DNA of 64,000 nucleotides from Auanema rhodensis (taxonomy: Eukaryota; Animalia; Nematoda), in NCBI GenBank assembly GCA_964057225.1, contig OZ059894.1:17298001-17362000 (forward strand). Direction: 5' to 3'. A program made the translations under genes and the position numbers. Each line of letters starts with the position of its first letter. The stretch's first letter is position 1. Shown here one piece after another: positions 11,730 through 23,700 of the stretch. A model generated the notes under the pieces. The model had not been told where the DNA came from and did no database searches. It saw nothing but the letters and a program-made list of their open reading frames with translations.

Positions 11730-12824
11730 AAGATGAGTGCTCCAGGGTGGACCATAATCGCCTCGTCAATAAATAGCTCATCGCACGTGAAACGTCGTTC
11801 GGGATGCATTAGGTATGATGTGATTGTACGAACACGTTTCTCATTCGGGGTTATCTTCCACCCAAGTCTTTCAACATAATCGTCCTTTCCGGCTCTTGTG
11901 GCGACCAAGACACATGACTCATCACTCTCAGATAATCTCTTCGCAATCTCTGTAGTTTTTCCGCATCCGGGGGCAGCTTGCACAACAAATATATCAGTAG
12001 GCACCAATAAATCACGGAAATCTGACACTTTCTTACGAATTTCGTCATCCAGAGCGAAGAGACAATAGTCACTTACGACAGATACTCCCGCAACCTCAGT
12101 GTCAATACTAATAAACTCCCCGTCATAAAACTTCACCCGGTAGTCGCGAATAGAACACGAAGCCGACGTGAGTGCACGCCCCGTCGAGGAGATGACAACA
12201 TAGTTACCGGGTTCACGTGAAATCGTCTCACGAGCACGTTGATCTTCGTTATATATACGTAACACTCTGTTATGATTCGATACAGCGCTGGCATGGACAG
12301 CTGTGAGATAACGCATATATTCGTCGACGACTTCGGTCGGGGATGGGTAAGGTATTGATCCTCCGGTGGAGACTTCTTCTGCAGTCTTTTGTCGTTCTAA
12401 ATGTGGTTCCTGAGGACCTGTCTGTGATTTACTCCTATAAAATTTATTCAGATAGTATCTATAAATCGAGTCATTTTCCTCTGCAGGATGTGTATTACAT
12501 ACGGTCTTATAGACTGGACGAATCCTGTGAGTAGATGAATTCACGTACACTGAGCGACAAATAACGAAGACAGTTGAAGCCATCAAAACGCGAAGAGTTG
12601 TCCTATAGGCGCAGGTGATGGGTGCGACAAAAACTTCAACAGATATCGAATGTCGTAGAGGAACTACTGGGTGTCCGCCGGTGAATCTAAGGAGTAAGTA
12701 CGCAGGAAGTTGCGCTAAGGAATGTGCAAATGAGTACAAAGCGGCAGCAGCACCCGAGAAGACTCCAATAGTTCCGAAGGTATAAACCTGTCTCATAATG
12801 TAAAGAATGTTAATTCCGATGTTA
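11681..12824 (-). pseudogene. Endogenous viral element: replicase fragment with SF1 helicase motifs I-II (Martellivirales, nege/virga-like)
   Basis: Walker A VQAAPGCGKTT, Walker B LFIDEAIMVHPG; frameshift near 11697 into the next ORF. Confidence 0.9.
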
Positions 12825-15800
12825 CAGGCTCCCGCTATTTGAATAGCGCGCACATGTTTACCATGTGCTTGCAGATGTGACAATAGCACGAAATTTTCTT
12901 GGATTTTGGGAGTTGTTCACAGCAGTTATTGATGTTCAACCCTTGTCAGAGATTGAAAAGTTTTCCATTTTGCTCGACAAACTTTCTGGTCCAGCTGAAG
13001 AATGTTTACTGTGCTTGCCACGCATTGATGAGAGTTACAGTAAGGCAAAGGCCATCCTCATGAAAAAGTACGTGAACCCCTCTATGTTAGACTCTAAACT
13101 ATACGATTCACTGAGAGCCTTACCGGCAGCACAAGACAATAGTGCTTCGATACTACATACGATCCGCAAAGCTGATCAAATCATATCGATGAGGATACGA
13201 TACAGTCCTAATGTAGATCACACAGGACTTCGCGTCATACTCTTCTCAAAATTACCTTGACACATCTATAACAGCATATACAAATTGAAACAGCATACTA
13301 CAATCACGTCAATCATTGAATACATCACGGAAGTCGCGAAAGCATTGCAACTTGAAGAAGCCGATAAAAACGCAATGAGTCAGAAAAATAGCAATACTGT
13401 TCATATTGCAGCAGGACAACTACACACTAGTCGGCGAGAACAGTTCAATAACCAGAAGTGCAATCTCTGTCTTGGCAATCATTCTCCCACCAAATGTTAT
13501 TCTATTCAATCGGTAGAAGAGAAGAAGAAGATAGCTGTATCCAAACAGCTATGCTTCAAATGTTTTTCAAAGACACACTCAGCCATTGGATGTCACGCAC
13601 CGAATTGTCACCGCTGTGACAAAACACATCATGAGTCTCTGTGTCAACGCGATTCTCGATCCCGGAGTAATAGTAGGACTAGAACTCACTCGAAGGATAG
13701 GATGAATCGGCATCCACCACAAACGTACAAAGGTTTTGAGGCTAATACAACAAGATCACCTCATCGGAACAACGAAAACAACAGAAAAGACCGCAGTGCG
13801 TCTATGAGACACTCATCGAGAAGCAAATCACCCTCATATTCACGGAGCAGATCACCTTACCCACAACGAAAACAATACAGAGATCGCTCCCCACGCCAAC
13901 ATATCTCGACTGCTACTGCACTCACTTACCCTTACGACCACATTTCAAATACATCAGGACCAGTCAATGACAAGGCCTTTGAATTCAGAAGAAACCACGT
14001 CGGAGTAGTTAGTGTGACAGTATTTGATTGCCACGATAATCCACATCATGTATACGCCTTGTTGGATTCGGGTTCACAAGTAGCTATCGTACGTAGATAG
14101 TTGATCAACCGCTTGGGATTACCATTCGATGAAGATGTACGCATGAGAATGGAAACCGCGGGGGAACAATTTCTTCTTAAAGACACGCAAGCTATTATGA
14201 TCTATCTCTACAATAACGATGGAGCGTGCATATCTGCCCCATGCGTTATAATGGATAAGTTTCTTTCAGCCATACAACCGTTAAGACTGACAAATGCCGA
14301 CCAGCGTTTTATACGCCAGAACATTGGCTACTTATCTCGCAAATTGAATGATCCTATAGAGATTGATATCATCTTGGGCATTGCTGAGGTCCATGCGAGT
14401 ACCATCTATGATGAACCAATTATGCAATTGCCAGATTGCAATCTAGTCGCTCACCCCACTTTCTTTGGATATACACTATCGGGAAGGTATGACTTAGATA
14501 ACAACAACCCCACATACGCGGATAATGTAATCGCATGCACAACAAAAATAGATGACGATGTTGATCTCACAAAAATGTGGTCCATGGAATCTATTGGGAT
14601 TCGAGACAACATATCAATCGAAGAAGAACAACAAGGGGTACTGAGCCAGTTCAATGAACAAGTAAGAAAGACATGGGAAGGCGTACACGTATCCTTTCCG
14701 TGGAAGGAAAACAAACACGCACTGGCCGATAACTACAGTATCGCATTAGCTAGACTGCGACAACAATTCAATCACGCAAAGAGCAATCCCGAGATGTGGG
14801 CAAAATACAATGAAATTTTTCAACAACAATTGGAGAGTAATATCATTGAAGACGCACAAATTCACCCTGATAGCTCCCCAACTTATTATATACCGCATCA
14901 AGCGGTAGTTAAGTTGTCGAGTAACACTACCAAAGTACGTATAGTACTTGATGCATCCTCTCATCGACGAGGAGAACTATCATTGAATGATGTTATACTA
15001 CAGGGTCCCACAATCTTACCAAATCTAACAGGTCTATTGTTACGATGCAGGTTTGGAAGACGCCACTCGATTCCTTTGGATTCACGATCTTTCGTTACCA
15101 CTTGAACAGGATAATATACGGGTGTTCCGATTTAACAGAGTACCATTCGGAGTCAATGCTTCTCCATTCCTCCTCGCTGGCGAAATTCAATTTGGGCTGA
15201 AATCCCATTTAGACACACAACTTACGAGTTGTATCATAGATAATCTTTATGTAGACAATCTCATTCTCACCTTTGATGAGACCTCACAAGGAGTAATGTT
15301 ATACAAAAAGTGTAAGTCTGCGTTCAACGATATGAAGATGAACTTGAGAGAATTTTGTACTAATGACAAGAACACTATGAAATGCATTCCAAAACTGCAA
15401 AAAGTTTTGGGAATTTATTGGGGCTCACACCTAGACACATTCAGTCTTGCACTTCAAATGGATTATACAGGTAACAGTATAACCAAGCGACTTGTACTCA
15501 GTACAGCACACAAAACATTTGATCCAGTAGGATGGTTGAGTCTTTTAATCTTATTATCACGACACTTCGTACAAAAACTGTGGACACTCGGTTACGCATG
15601 GGATGAACCAATCTCTCCCGACCTTCAACGTGAATGGAAACAAATATGCAGTTCGGTTCATGGATACCGATACCACGTACCTCGAAACATTCGCAATGAC
15701 CACGTGAACGAACTCTGCATTTTTGTAGATGCTAGTACTATCGGATACGGTGCGGTAGGATATCTACGTACACTAGACCAAAAATCTCATGTTACTAGTA

Positions 15801-16777
15801 CGAGTACACTTCCTCATGGCGAAACAGCGATTAGCACCACAGAACAAAAGCAAATCACAGAAAACAGATAAAAATAAAATGCAACCGCTCACTATTCCTA
15901 GACTTGAACTACTTTCATTTTTTATCGGATGTCACATCATTGAGTTTCTGTTACAAGAAAGTAAATTGAACATATCGATCGTACGAATCTTCTCAGATTC
16001 GGAAATATCACTTGCGTGTGTATGCAAACCAAATCCTGATGCAGGAATATTCGTCGACAACCGAGTTAGATCGTGTCGCGTTATCATTGATAAAGTCAAA
16101 GACAGTTATAATTTCTTTATTTACCACGTCGATACAGACCACAACCCAGCTGATCACGCAACGCGTGGACTTACAAGGGAAAACATTGACAAATCCACAT
16201 GGTTCACAGGACCGAAATTCTTACAAACGCACGACAAAGAATGGGAGATGACCAGACCCTATACTTATGTAGAGGACGACTCACAAGTACTGATCGCTAG
16301 TACCTCCATCACTACATTTGTCGACGATCCATCAATTTTCCGATATCAAAGCTCGCGATTAACATGTCTCATACGAACAACCGCATACGTACTTCGGTTT
16401 ATACAACTCTTACAACAACGACGTCTACATCGCATCAACAACGACAACGAGATCGCTCTAAACCCTTCAACGATATCAGCTGAAGAATATAAGGAGGCAG
16501 AGAGAGTTACTTATATTGATGTACAGAGTACAGTAGATATAGAAGACAAGAGATGGAAACACCTTGGCCTCTATCACGATGAATTCGGTGTCATTCGATG
16601 CAAAGGTAGACTGGAACACATGGAAGCTGAAGAGGATTGTATACATCCTATTTTCATACCGGATAATCACCCATTTGCTTCTATCATGATAAGAGACATG
16701 CACACCAAACTTTTCCACGCCGGTGGTAATCATTTACGTTCCGAAATACGACGACGATTTTGGTTACCAAGACTTCC

Positions 16778-17905
16778 CCTTCATTCTAAGGGCCTTATTT
16801 AGTTACAGCAGTTCAAAGATCTTTCGTCGTGGTTCAAACAGATAAAGGAAAAAGCAGAAGAGTACACAAGGACTTCGTCAAACCTTACCAACGGACAACA
16901 TCTATTCCGGTTATCACAATTTCTTGAAGGTAGTTTTTTTTAACAAAATCAAATTGTTGAAATTTTTTATTTTATTTTGTGCCATTTCTGATTGTAACAC
17001 TTCTTTGTTGTTGATTGATTTTCTCTGAGAAGTCTGCTATTGTTTTACAAGGGTTTGTTTTATTACTTCAACTCTCATTGAGTAGATTTTTTCAACATTC
17101 TCTTGTGAATCTTGCTATTTTTTATGCTTAATCATTACTTGTATTCACCTTATGGACATTAGTCATACGGGTTAAACAAGTTTTTATTTTTTTTGTACAG
17201 AACGGGCTCGACCTATTCTCAGGGTAACACCGTACCTGTACAACTCAAGAAAATGAACGACTATATCACAGTCGAATGGTTTAGAAGCAAAGCTCTCGTT
17301 TGCAAGCATTTCACTACTCAAGTGAATGGAATAGAATCTACTCGATACTACATTTCGAATTCAACAAACTTGAAGAGACAATAGCTAAACTTTCAAATCG
17401 TATTGTATACATTTTTTTTATTCACTACACCATGATTTTTTTTTCCAACATCCAACTATCTTAAAAAGTGAATTAATTTATTTTGTTTTTGAACGAGGAC
17501 GTTCAACTTTTTAAGGTGGGTGGATGTCACATCTGCAAGCACATGGTAAACATGTGCGCGATATTCAAATAGCGGGAGCCTGAACAAGCCCCGCCTACAA
17601 CATGGGACACACATGGCACTCTTGCTTCTGGCCTAATCCAGATAGGTTGTCTTATAGTCATGTGAATCTCATCTCTATATCATCTATATATATACTCTAT
17701 TTAATACTTTATTATATCTCTTTATATTCTTTCTTAATGTAATTCTTATATTGTATTTTCTTGTTATCTGATAATGAATCCTTTTCTCTTTGAGTATTTG
17801 TCTTAATAAGGAAATCGGGCCGTTCGGGTCTGCCTACCTAAGGAACAAGGTAGAAGTACATATATCTTCCGACCATGAAAAGGCGGGAAGAAACAATATG
17901 TAACG
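16778..17905 (+). mobile_element. V2: second, 5'-truncated copy of the carrier element (3' region, PPT, LTR 17525-17905)
   Basis: Near-identical inverted copy of 8436-9555; the LTR again ends ...ATGTAACG. Confidence 0.9.
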
Positions 17906-20104
17906 GATCAACAAAATACACAAAGACAATAATCATCAAGGCAAACATTTCACGCTTATTCAATTGAGACAAAAATTCTACATACCAAATATAACCGGTG
18001 TCATCAGACAAACATTGAAAAACTGTGTGACATGTAAAAGATTTCAATCACATCCTTATGAATTACCAGATATGCCATCGCTACCAAAAGATAGAGCGAT
18101 TCTTACAAGAGCATTCTTTTCAACAGGGTGTGATCTTATGGGCCCCTTCACCCTTTGAAATGGGTCTAAAGTCCATATCTGTCTGTTTACATGCATGACA
18201 ACTAGAGCAATTCATTTAGAGGTAGTCACCAATTAATCCACAGTTGATTTTATGAATGCATTCACTAGATTTATATCACGCCGAGGTACTCCAGAAATTA
18301 TGCGTAGTGACTGCGCAGGAAACTTTATATTGAGCTCAAAAATATTAGAAACCCTTGAAAATACATCGGATTACAACGAAAGAAGCTTACTAAATACACT
18401 AGCACAACAAAAAATTAAATGGATATACAACACTCCATTATCACCCTGGAAAGGTGGATGTTGGGAACGTTTAGTAGGTGTAACCAAAGCTTCACTCAAA
18501 AAATGTTTCATTCCTAGTCGAATGTCCCTGGATGACTTACACACAGTCATTGTAAAAAAAGAAGCTATAATTAATACACGCCCACTCACCCATCCACACC
18601 CAGATAATTTAGATACTCTACCCATAAGGCCAATTGACTTTTTAACATCAGCCATAAAGTTTTCATTACCTGAAAACAACGCGGATACTCATATATTTGA
18701 TATCCATAGCGATATTCAAACGATTCAATCAACAGAGCAAGCGCTAGCATCTAAATTTTGGAAACGATTTCAAGAGGAATATCTAACAAGCTTAAAAAAT
18801 ATATTTAAGCATAAACACCATAGAAAAAATCACACAAACATCTTCCCCCAACCAGATGAAATAGTATTGATACAAAATGACATGTTGCCCCGAGGAACAT
18901 GGAAGCTTGGGCGCATCATAGAAACAATCACTAGTTCAGACGGCAACATACGTTCCGCAAAAGTAGTAACTAGTAATGGAAACATAATTAGCAGATCAAT
19001 CAATCAGCTCTATCCTTTGGAGATAAGAAGCAACATACAGAACAACAGTACTCCAATAGAAAGTATACCCGAACAGAATCCCCATGAACCAATAGAACAT
19101 GAAAGACATGAGGATAATAATATAAATAATACCGAACCCAATCATTACATTGAATATGAATCGGATAACTCTGAACATGACAATACATACACTCCAGAAG
19201 AAGAAAACAATGAGGAAATCACACATGGTCAAAATAAAAGTCAAACACAGGCTCGAAAATCGTTAAAACCAAAAACATCATTTGAGAAAGATAATGTCAG
19301 TGAGAAGGACAATATACAAGCCATTCCATTAAAAATGTCATATGCTCTACAACAAAGAAAGAACAAGATAAACCCTAAAATAGCAGCTGATATAATGAAG
19401 GCTCTCTCTTTACCTATTAAAATAACTTTGAGTCATGCTCAAGAAATGAATAACTGCCAGGACCATAACATGTTCACGAAAAAACTCATAGCAAATCCTC
19501 ATTGTTCGCTAGAATTAGCAACATTGACTATCATAATAATCATAATGGCAGTTACACTCATAGTCTCTTGTCTTTGTCGCATAGTGTATAGCCAATACAA
19601 ATATAAGACATGGTCAACGAATACTCGAAATATGCTTAATGTGCTTAATATTCAAAACAGAAATCAAGAAGTCCAAGAAGAAGAAGACCTCGAAATGGTC
19701 CAAAACACAACAGACAACAATGAAACTACAGATATGACACATATAAACACACGAGAAGACGGTAACAGAGAACAAGAAACCTCTCAAAACAATATTTATC
19801 CCACGCTAAACTTCACAAGAAAAACACCGAAATTCTCTATCCTCACCAGAGGATCTCAATCCTCCTTACCTTCATTATTTGCAATAATCTTAGTTGTATA
19901 CATAGGAAACTCCCATTCTTGCTCCGATGTTCATGTACAACATTATGTTAACATACGTTGCGATCAAAACTTAGAGTGTTATCACGAATATAGTCAAGAC
20001 ATAATATTCTCTCCCGGAACAAAACAGTTATGTATCAACATAATACACTCTAATCATGAAATTGGCCAATTCAAAATAACTAAACTATACACGGAACATA
20101 TCAA
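17906..20104 (+). pseudogene. Integrase and truncated envelope of BEL/Pao element C (possibly the 3' part of element A)
   Basis: Own zinc finger (IHKDNNHQG...CVTC), GCDLMGP, SDCAGNF, GGCWERLV, RSINQLYPLE; in-frame TGA at 18156; then ANPHC, a TM segment and the start of a Gc-like domain, cut off at the tRNA at 20105. Confidence 0.88.
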
Positions 20105-20176
20105 GGCCGAGTGGTCTAGTGGTATGATTCTCGCTTAGGGTGCGAGAGGTCCCGGGATCGATCCCCGGCTCGGCCC
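20105..20176 (+). tRNA. tRNA-Pro(AGG)
   Basis: Consensus sequence in the opposite orientation to the 1-4279 array; native upstream flank replaced by element C. Confidence 0.92.
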
Positions 20177-20282
20177 ACGTTTTAACATTTTTTTTCGAGA
20201 AGTGTACTTCTTCTTAGTATTTAGTTGAAGTTCTCTTGAAATTCAATTAATTTTGAGCTTGAGTGTTCACCTATAGATATCA

Positions 20283-20620
20283 CGTTCCATATTGGCTCCT
20301 AGGGTTCCGGCTAGGTAACCATATGGACTTTAATAGTGTGAATGCCATTGTAAAAGTAACAGAGATTAGAGAAAAGAAGTTTATTCAGAATATGGAATAA
20401 CAATTATAAAAGCAAAATATAATAATAAGATAAATGAAACTACATGTTATGAGAAAGCCAACCTAGTTGCTTTCTCAGGGGTTTATATAGCAAAATATTA
20501 ATTACAAATATAATTGAATTTATACAAAAAGTAGTTCAGGTCTAGTTTCTTATTGAATTCTATTAACCAAAAGTCGGTTGACGTTGTCAACCGCCTTCTT
20601 TATAAGACACGTATGGAACA
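20283..20620 (-). mobile_element. Solo LTR (338 bp), TGTTCCATA...TATGGAACG, 4-bp TSD ATCA
   Basis: Interrupts the array spacer; ATCA at 20279-20282 and 20621-20624; minus-strand TATATAAA (20482-20489) and AATAAA (20380-20385). Confidence 0.85.
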
Positions 20621-20693
20621 ATCAGATTAATAATATTCAGTTAAAAATAATTATGGAAAAGTAGGAGGTTCATCGTAGTGAATGAACATTTTA

Positions 20694-20705
20694 GGCCGAG
20701 TGGTC
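20694..20705 (+). pseudogene. 5' 12 nt of a tRNA-Pro gene split by element D
   Basis: GGCCGAGTGGTC is followed by the LTR; the remainder lies at 28405-28469. Confidence 0.9.
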
Positions 20706-23700
20706 TGTCGGCGAATGCCTGACTAGAAATGAAATACAATAATTTAACCTAGAAAGATAACTCTTCTGAAACTCTAAACCATTGTCTAATAACCTTGTAA
20801 TTGTATCATTAACCTCTTGCGCAACATTCTTAAAGGATATTGAACTTTTATCACCTCTATAGTTTACATTGACCTGACCTTTGTATTCAAATATCAAATA
20901 TCACCTTCAAGCTAAATCATATATAAAGCCCAAGAAACCTTCACTCTCACTCTTAATTTAATTCTACCACTGAACTTATACCGATCTTATAATAAACCTT
21001 TCTCATTTAACCAACTGTTTGGATTCGCCACTAACTCATATTATCCCCATTAAACGGGGAACAACCGAGTATAGACGCTCGTCATTGGGAACATTAAAAA
21101 CCCAAATTGGTGCAACGACCAAACCAGGTATTAATTGTTAGAAACTTTCTTATCATATTTTTTTCTCTTTTTCATACTTTCCATCTCACTCTTCTTCACA
21201 TTTTCCTGACGATGAGACCGAACTAGCACTTACCGCACCGCATACAACCCTTTTTACATCACTGCGCATTTCGAAAACGAACATTAGCAAATTACTTTTG
21301 AAACCACCTCAACTTTCCATACCCACATTCAATGGAGATAACAAAACCTTTCCGACATTTTGGAGACAATTTAAAACGCTCATTCACCAAGACCCTGACC
21401 TCAATAATAGGCAAAAAAGCATTTATTTAGCTGAAGCTCTTAAAGGTTCAGCACGAGTTCATCTTGAAAATAAACCATTAGATGGCACTGCGTATGAACG
21501 TATTATATCTACTCTTAAAACCACTTACGCACCAAAACTAAAAGTTGACTACCGTATTCATGATGAACTGGTGAAATTACCTCCTGCAAAAAATGACCCC
21601 ATGTCAGTTAGATCTCGCGTGAATGAAATCAGAGCACTTCTTGATCAGCTTGAGACTGATACACTTTATAATTCTCAAGACCCCGCTTGGGTCAAACTTA
21701 TCACAACTAAATTTCCTATTGATATCATCAATATGCTCTGTTGGAGATCATCTAGGGCAACCTCTATAAAACAACTACTAAGAAACATTGAGGAAACGGC
21801 CGACTCAATGGAAAATTTTTCAATTTATTCTTCTAAATCTCCTTTTATCCCGCAATACCATGCTCAAACTAATTCAATTTCTCCCTTGAAACATAACTCA
21901 CATATTACTGCTGTTACGAAAACCGAACGCCCATGCGTATTTTGTGACCAAAACGGACATCGATCCGCAAAATGTTTAACCATACATAATCCTCAACAGA
22001 GGAGAGACATAATAAAACAAAAAAACAGGTGCTGGATTTGTTTCAGTCCTACACACACTAGCACTAAGTGTACCTTTGATAAATGTAAAATATGTAATAG
22101 AGATCATCACCCATCTCTTTGTCTCCCTCCTGCTTTATCAAAATCATCTAATAAAAAAGCAACAATGGGTATCAATTGCTCTATTTCGCAATCAACTCAC
22201 ACTCCACCTTCGCCCGCATATCTTATGACTTCTAAAGTATCAATTTTTAACCCCCATACAGGTAAGTTCCACACCAAATTATTGTTTTTCGACCCTGGAG
22301 CAACTCAAAGCTTCATTTACGAGCCGGCAGCCAAAGAATGCCAGCTCAAAACTTTAAATTCCCAATTAATCACAGCAACCGGTTTCTCCGGGAGCTGTGA
22401 GGCATTTAATTCTTTAACGGTCGAAGCAAGTTTAAGAACTCCATTTGGAAAAAATATCATACTTACGCTCCTCACCTCACCCAAACCTCTCACAGGAAAA
22501 CTAAAGAGCTGTCAACTTTCTCTAAAAGACAAAAAAGCTCTAGAACAATCTAATATAACCATTACTAACCAATTGGTGGATGGTGAATTATTCATTCCCG
22601 ATATTTTGCTAGGTATGGATTGGTGTGATACAATCATACATGATACCAAACCTACTATACTTCCATCGGGATTGAAAGTCAAACATACCCAGATTGGACC
22701 CTGTATTTACGGTAAGCAAATACCGAACGATAATATCGCAGCCATAAATACTCTTATTGTTAACCCTGTGATACCAGAAGACGTTATGATTAAACAACTT
22801 TTTGAAATAGATAACTCGGGAATTTCTCCACACGAAGGAGCCTTGAACCGATCGGAGCTATTCTTCAATGAATATACTTCGCTAATAAAATTCGACAAGG
22901 GTTTTGTTATGGCTCCATTACCTCTTAAATCAAACGCCACAAAAATTCAATCCAATCGAAGCATGGCATTAGCCACTCTAAACAGATTACAGAAATCTCT
23001 CAAAGAGGAACATAACCAGCTACAACACTATCATCAAACCATTATGCGATATATAGAGGAAGGTGTGGTGGAACAAGTTCCACTTACTTCAGAGAACTCT
23101 TTGCTCTACTACATGCCGCATAGAGGGGTATGGAAGCCCAACAAGAGCAAACCGCTGAGGGTTGTGTTTAACGCTTCAGCAAAGCAAAAAGGCCAACTCT
23201 CATTAAATGATGTTACGGAAACAGGTGAAAGTTTTAACAATAAAATCATAGATATTCTGATAGGGATACGGATCAAAAAGTACTTCCTCATGTGCGATAT
23301 TGAGGGTGCCTTCACCCAAATAAGGATAACTAATGATCATAAAGATCTCTGCCGCTTTCTCTGGTTACGCGATCCTCACAAAGGTACCACTCCAGATAAC
23401 ATTTTAGAATTAAGATTTAACCGACTGGCGTTTGGCATAACAGCCAGTCCGTCCATACTGAATATGTCACTCTACGCATTCTTGCAAAGCCTAGAGTCGC
23501 ACTTAGTTCCGGAAACCCTACGGTACCTATATGTGGACAATATCTTCTACACGACAAACAGCTCAGAAGATTTACATAGCATATATGAAGAATCTAAGCA
23601 GATTTTTTCTCGAATATCTATGAACATAAGAGAGTATTATAGCAACTACACCAACTTCAACTCAACCGTACCAGACAAGGATAAACATCCAGATCTGAAC

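Larger units (their letters stand above)
8436..12882 (-). mobile_element. Chimeric LTR element V1: 58-bp LTR stub, RNA-virus cDNA, carrier 3' region, polypurine tract (PPT), 381-bp 3' LTR; 4-bp TSD ATAG
   Basis: 12825-12882 matches the first 58 bp of LTR 8436-8816; PPT at 8817-8828; ATAG at 8432-8435 and 12883-12886. Removing the insert and one TSD restores the gag frame (...QQN-IARNFLGFWELF). Confidence 0.9.
7367..16777 (+). pseudogene. Disrupted gag-pol of BEL/Pao element B, split by insertion 8436-12882 and truncated in the integrase zinc finger
   Basis: DUF1759-like FLGFWELF...EKFSILL; three BEL Cys-His knuckles; protease LLDSGSQ; RT YIPHQAV, PFGVNASPF, YVDN; RNase H FVDAS, TIPRLEL, NPAD; integrase HxxxxH. 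In-frame stops at 13258 and 14098, frameshifts near 15053 and 15789, RT motif A missing. Confidence 0.93.

Noticed and set aside
11041-11736. Plus-strand ORFs (79 and 146 aa) over the viral insert
   Set aside because: Antisense shadows of the helicase ORF with no recognisable motifs.
9594-12889. Functional viral replicase or complete provirus
   Set aside because: Frameshifting deletion at helicase motif III, RdRp ends before motifs B/C, and no methyltransferase or structural genes.
8436-17905. One DNA transposon with 1.1-kb terminal inverted repeats
   Set aside because: Each arm is an LTR + PPT + 3' region, V1 has its own TSD at 12883, the outer flanks do not match, and there is no transposase.
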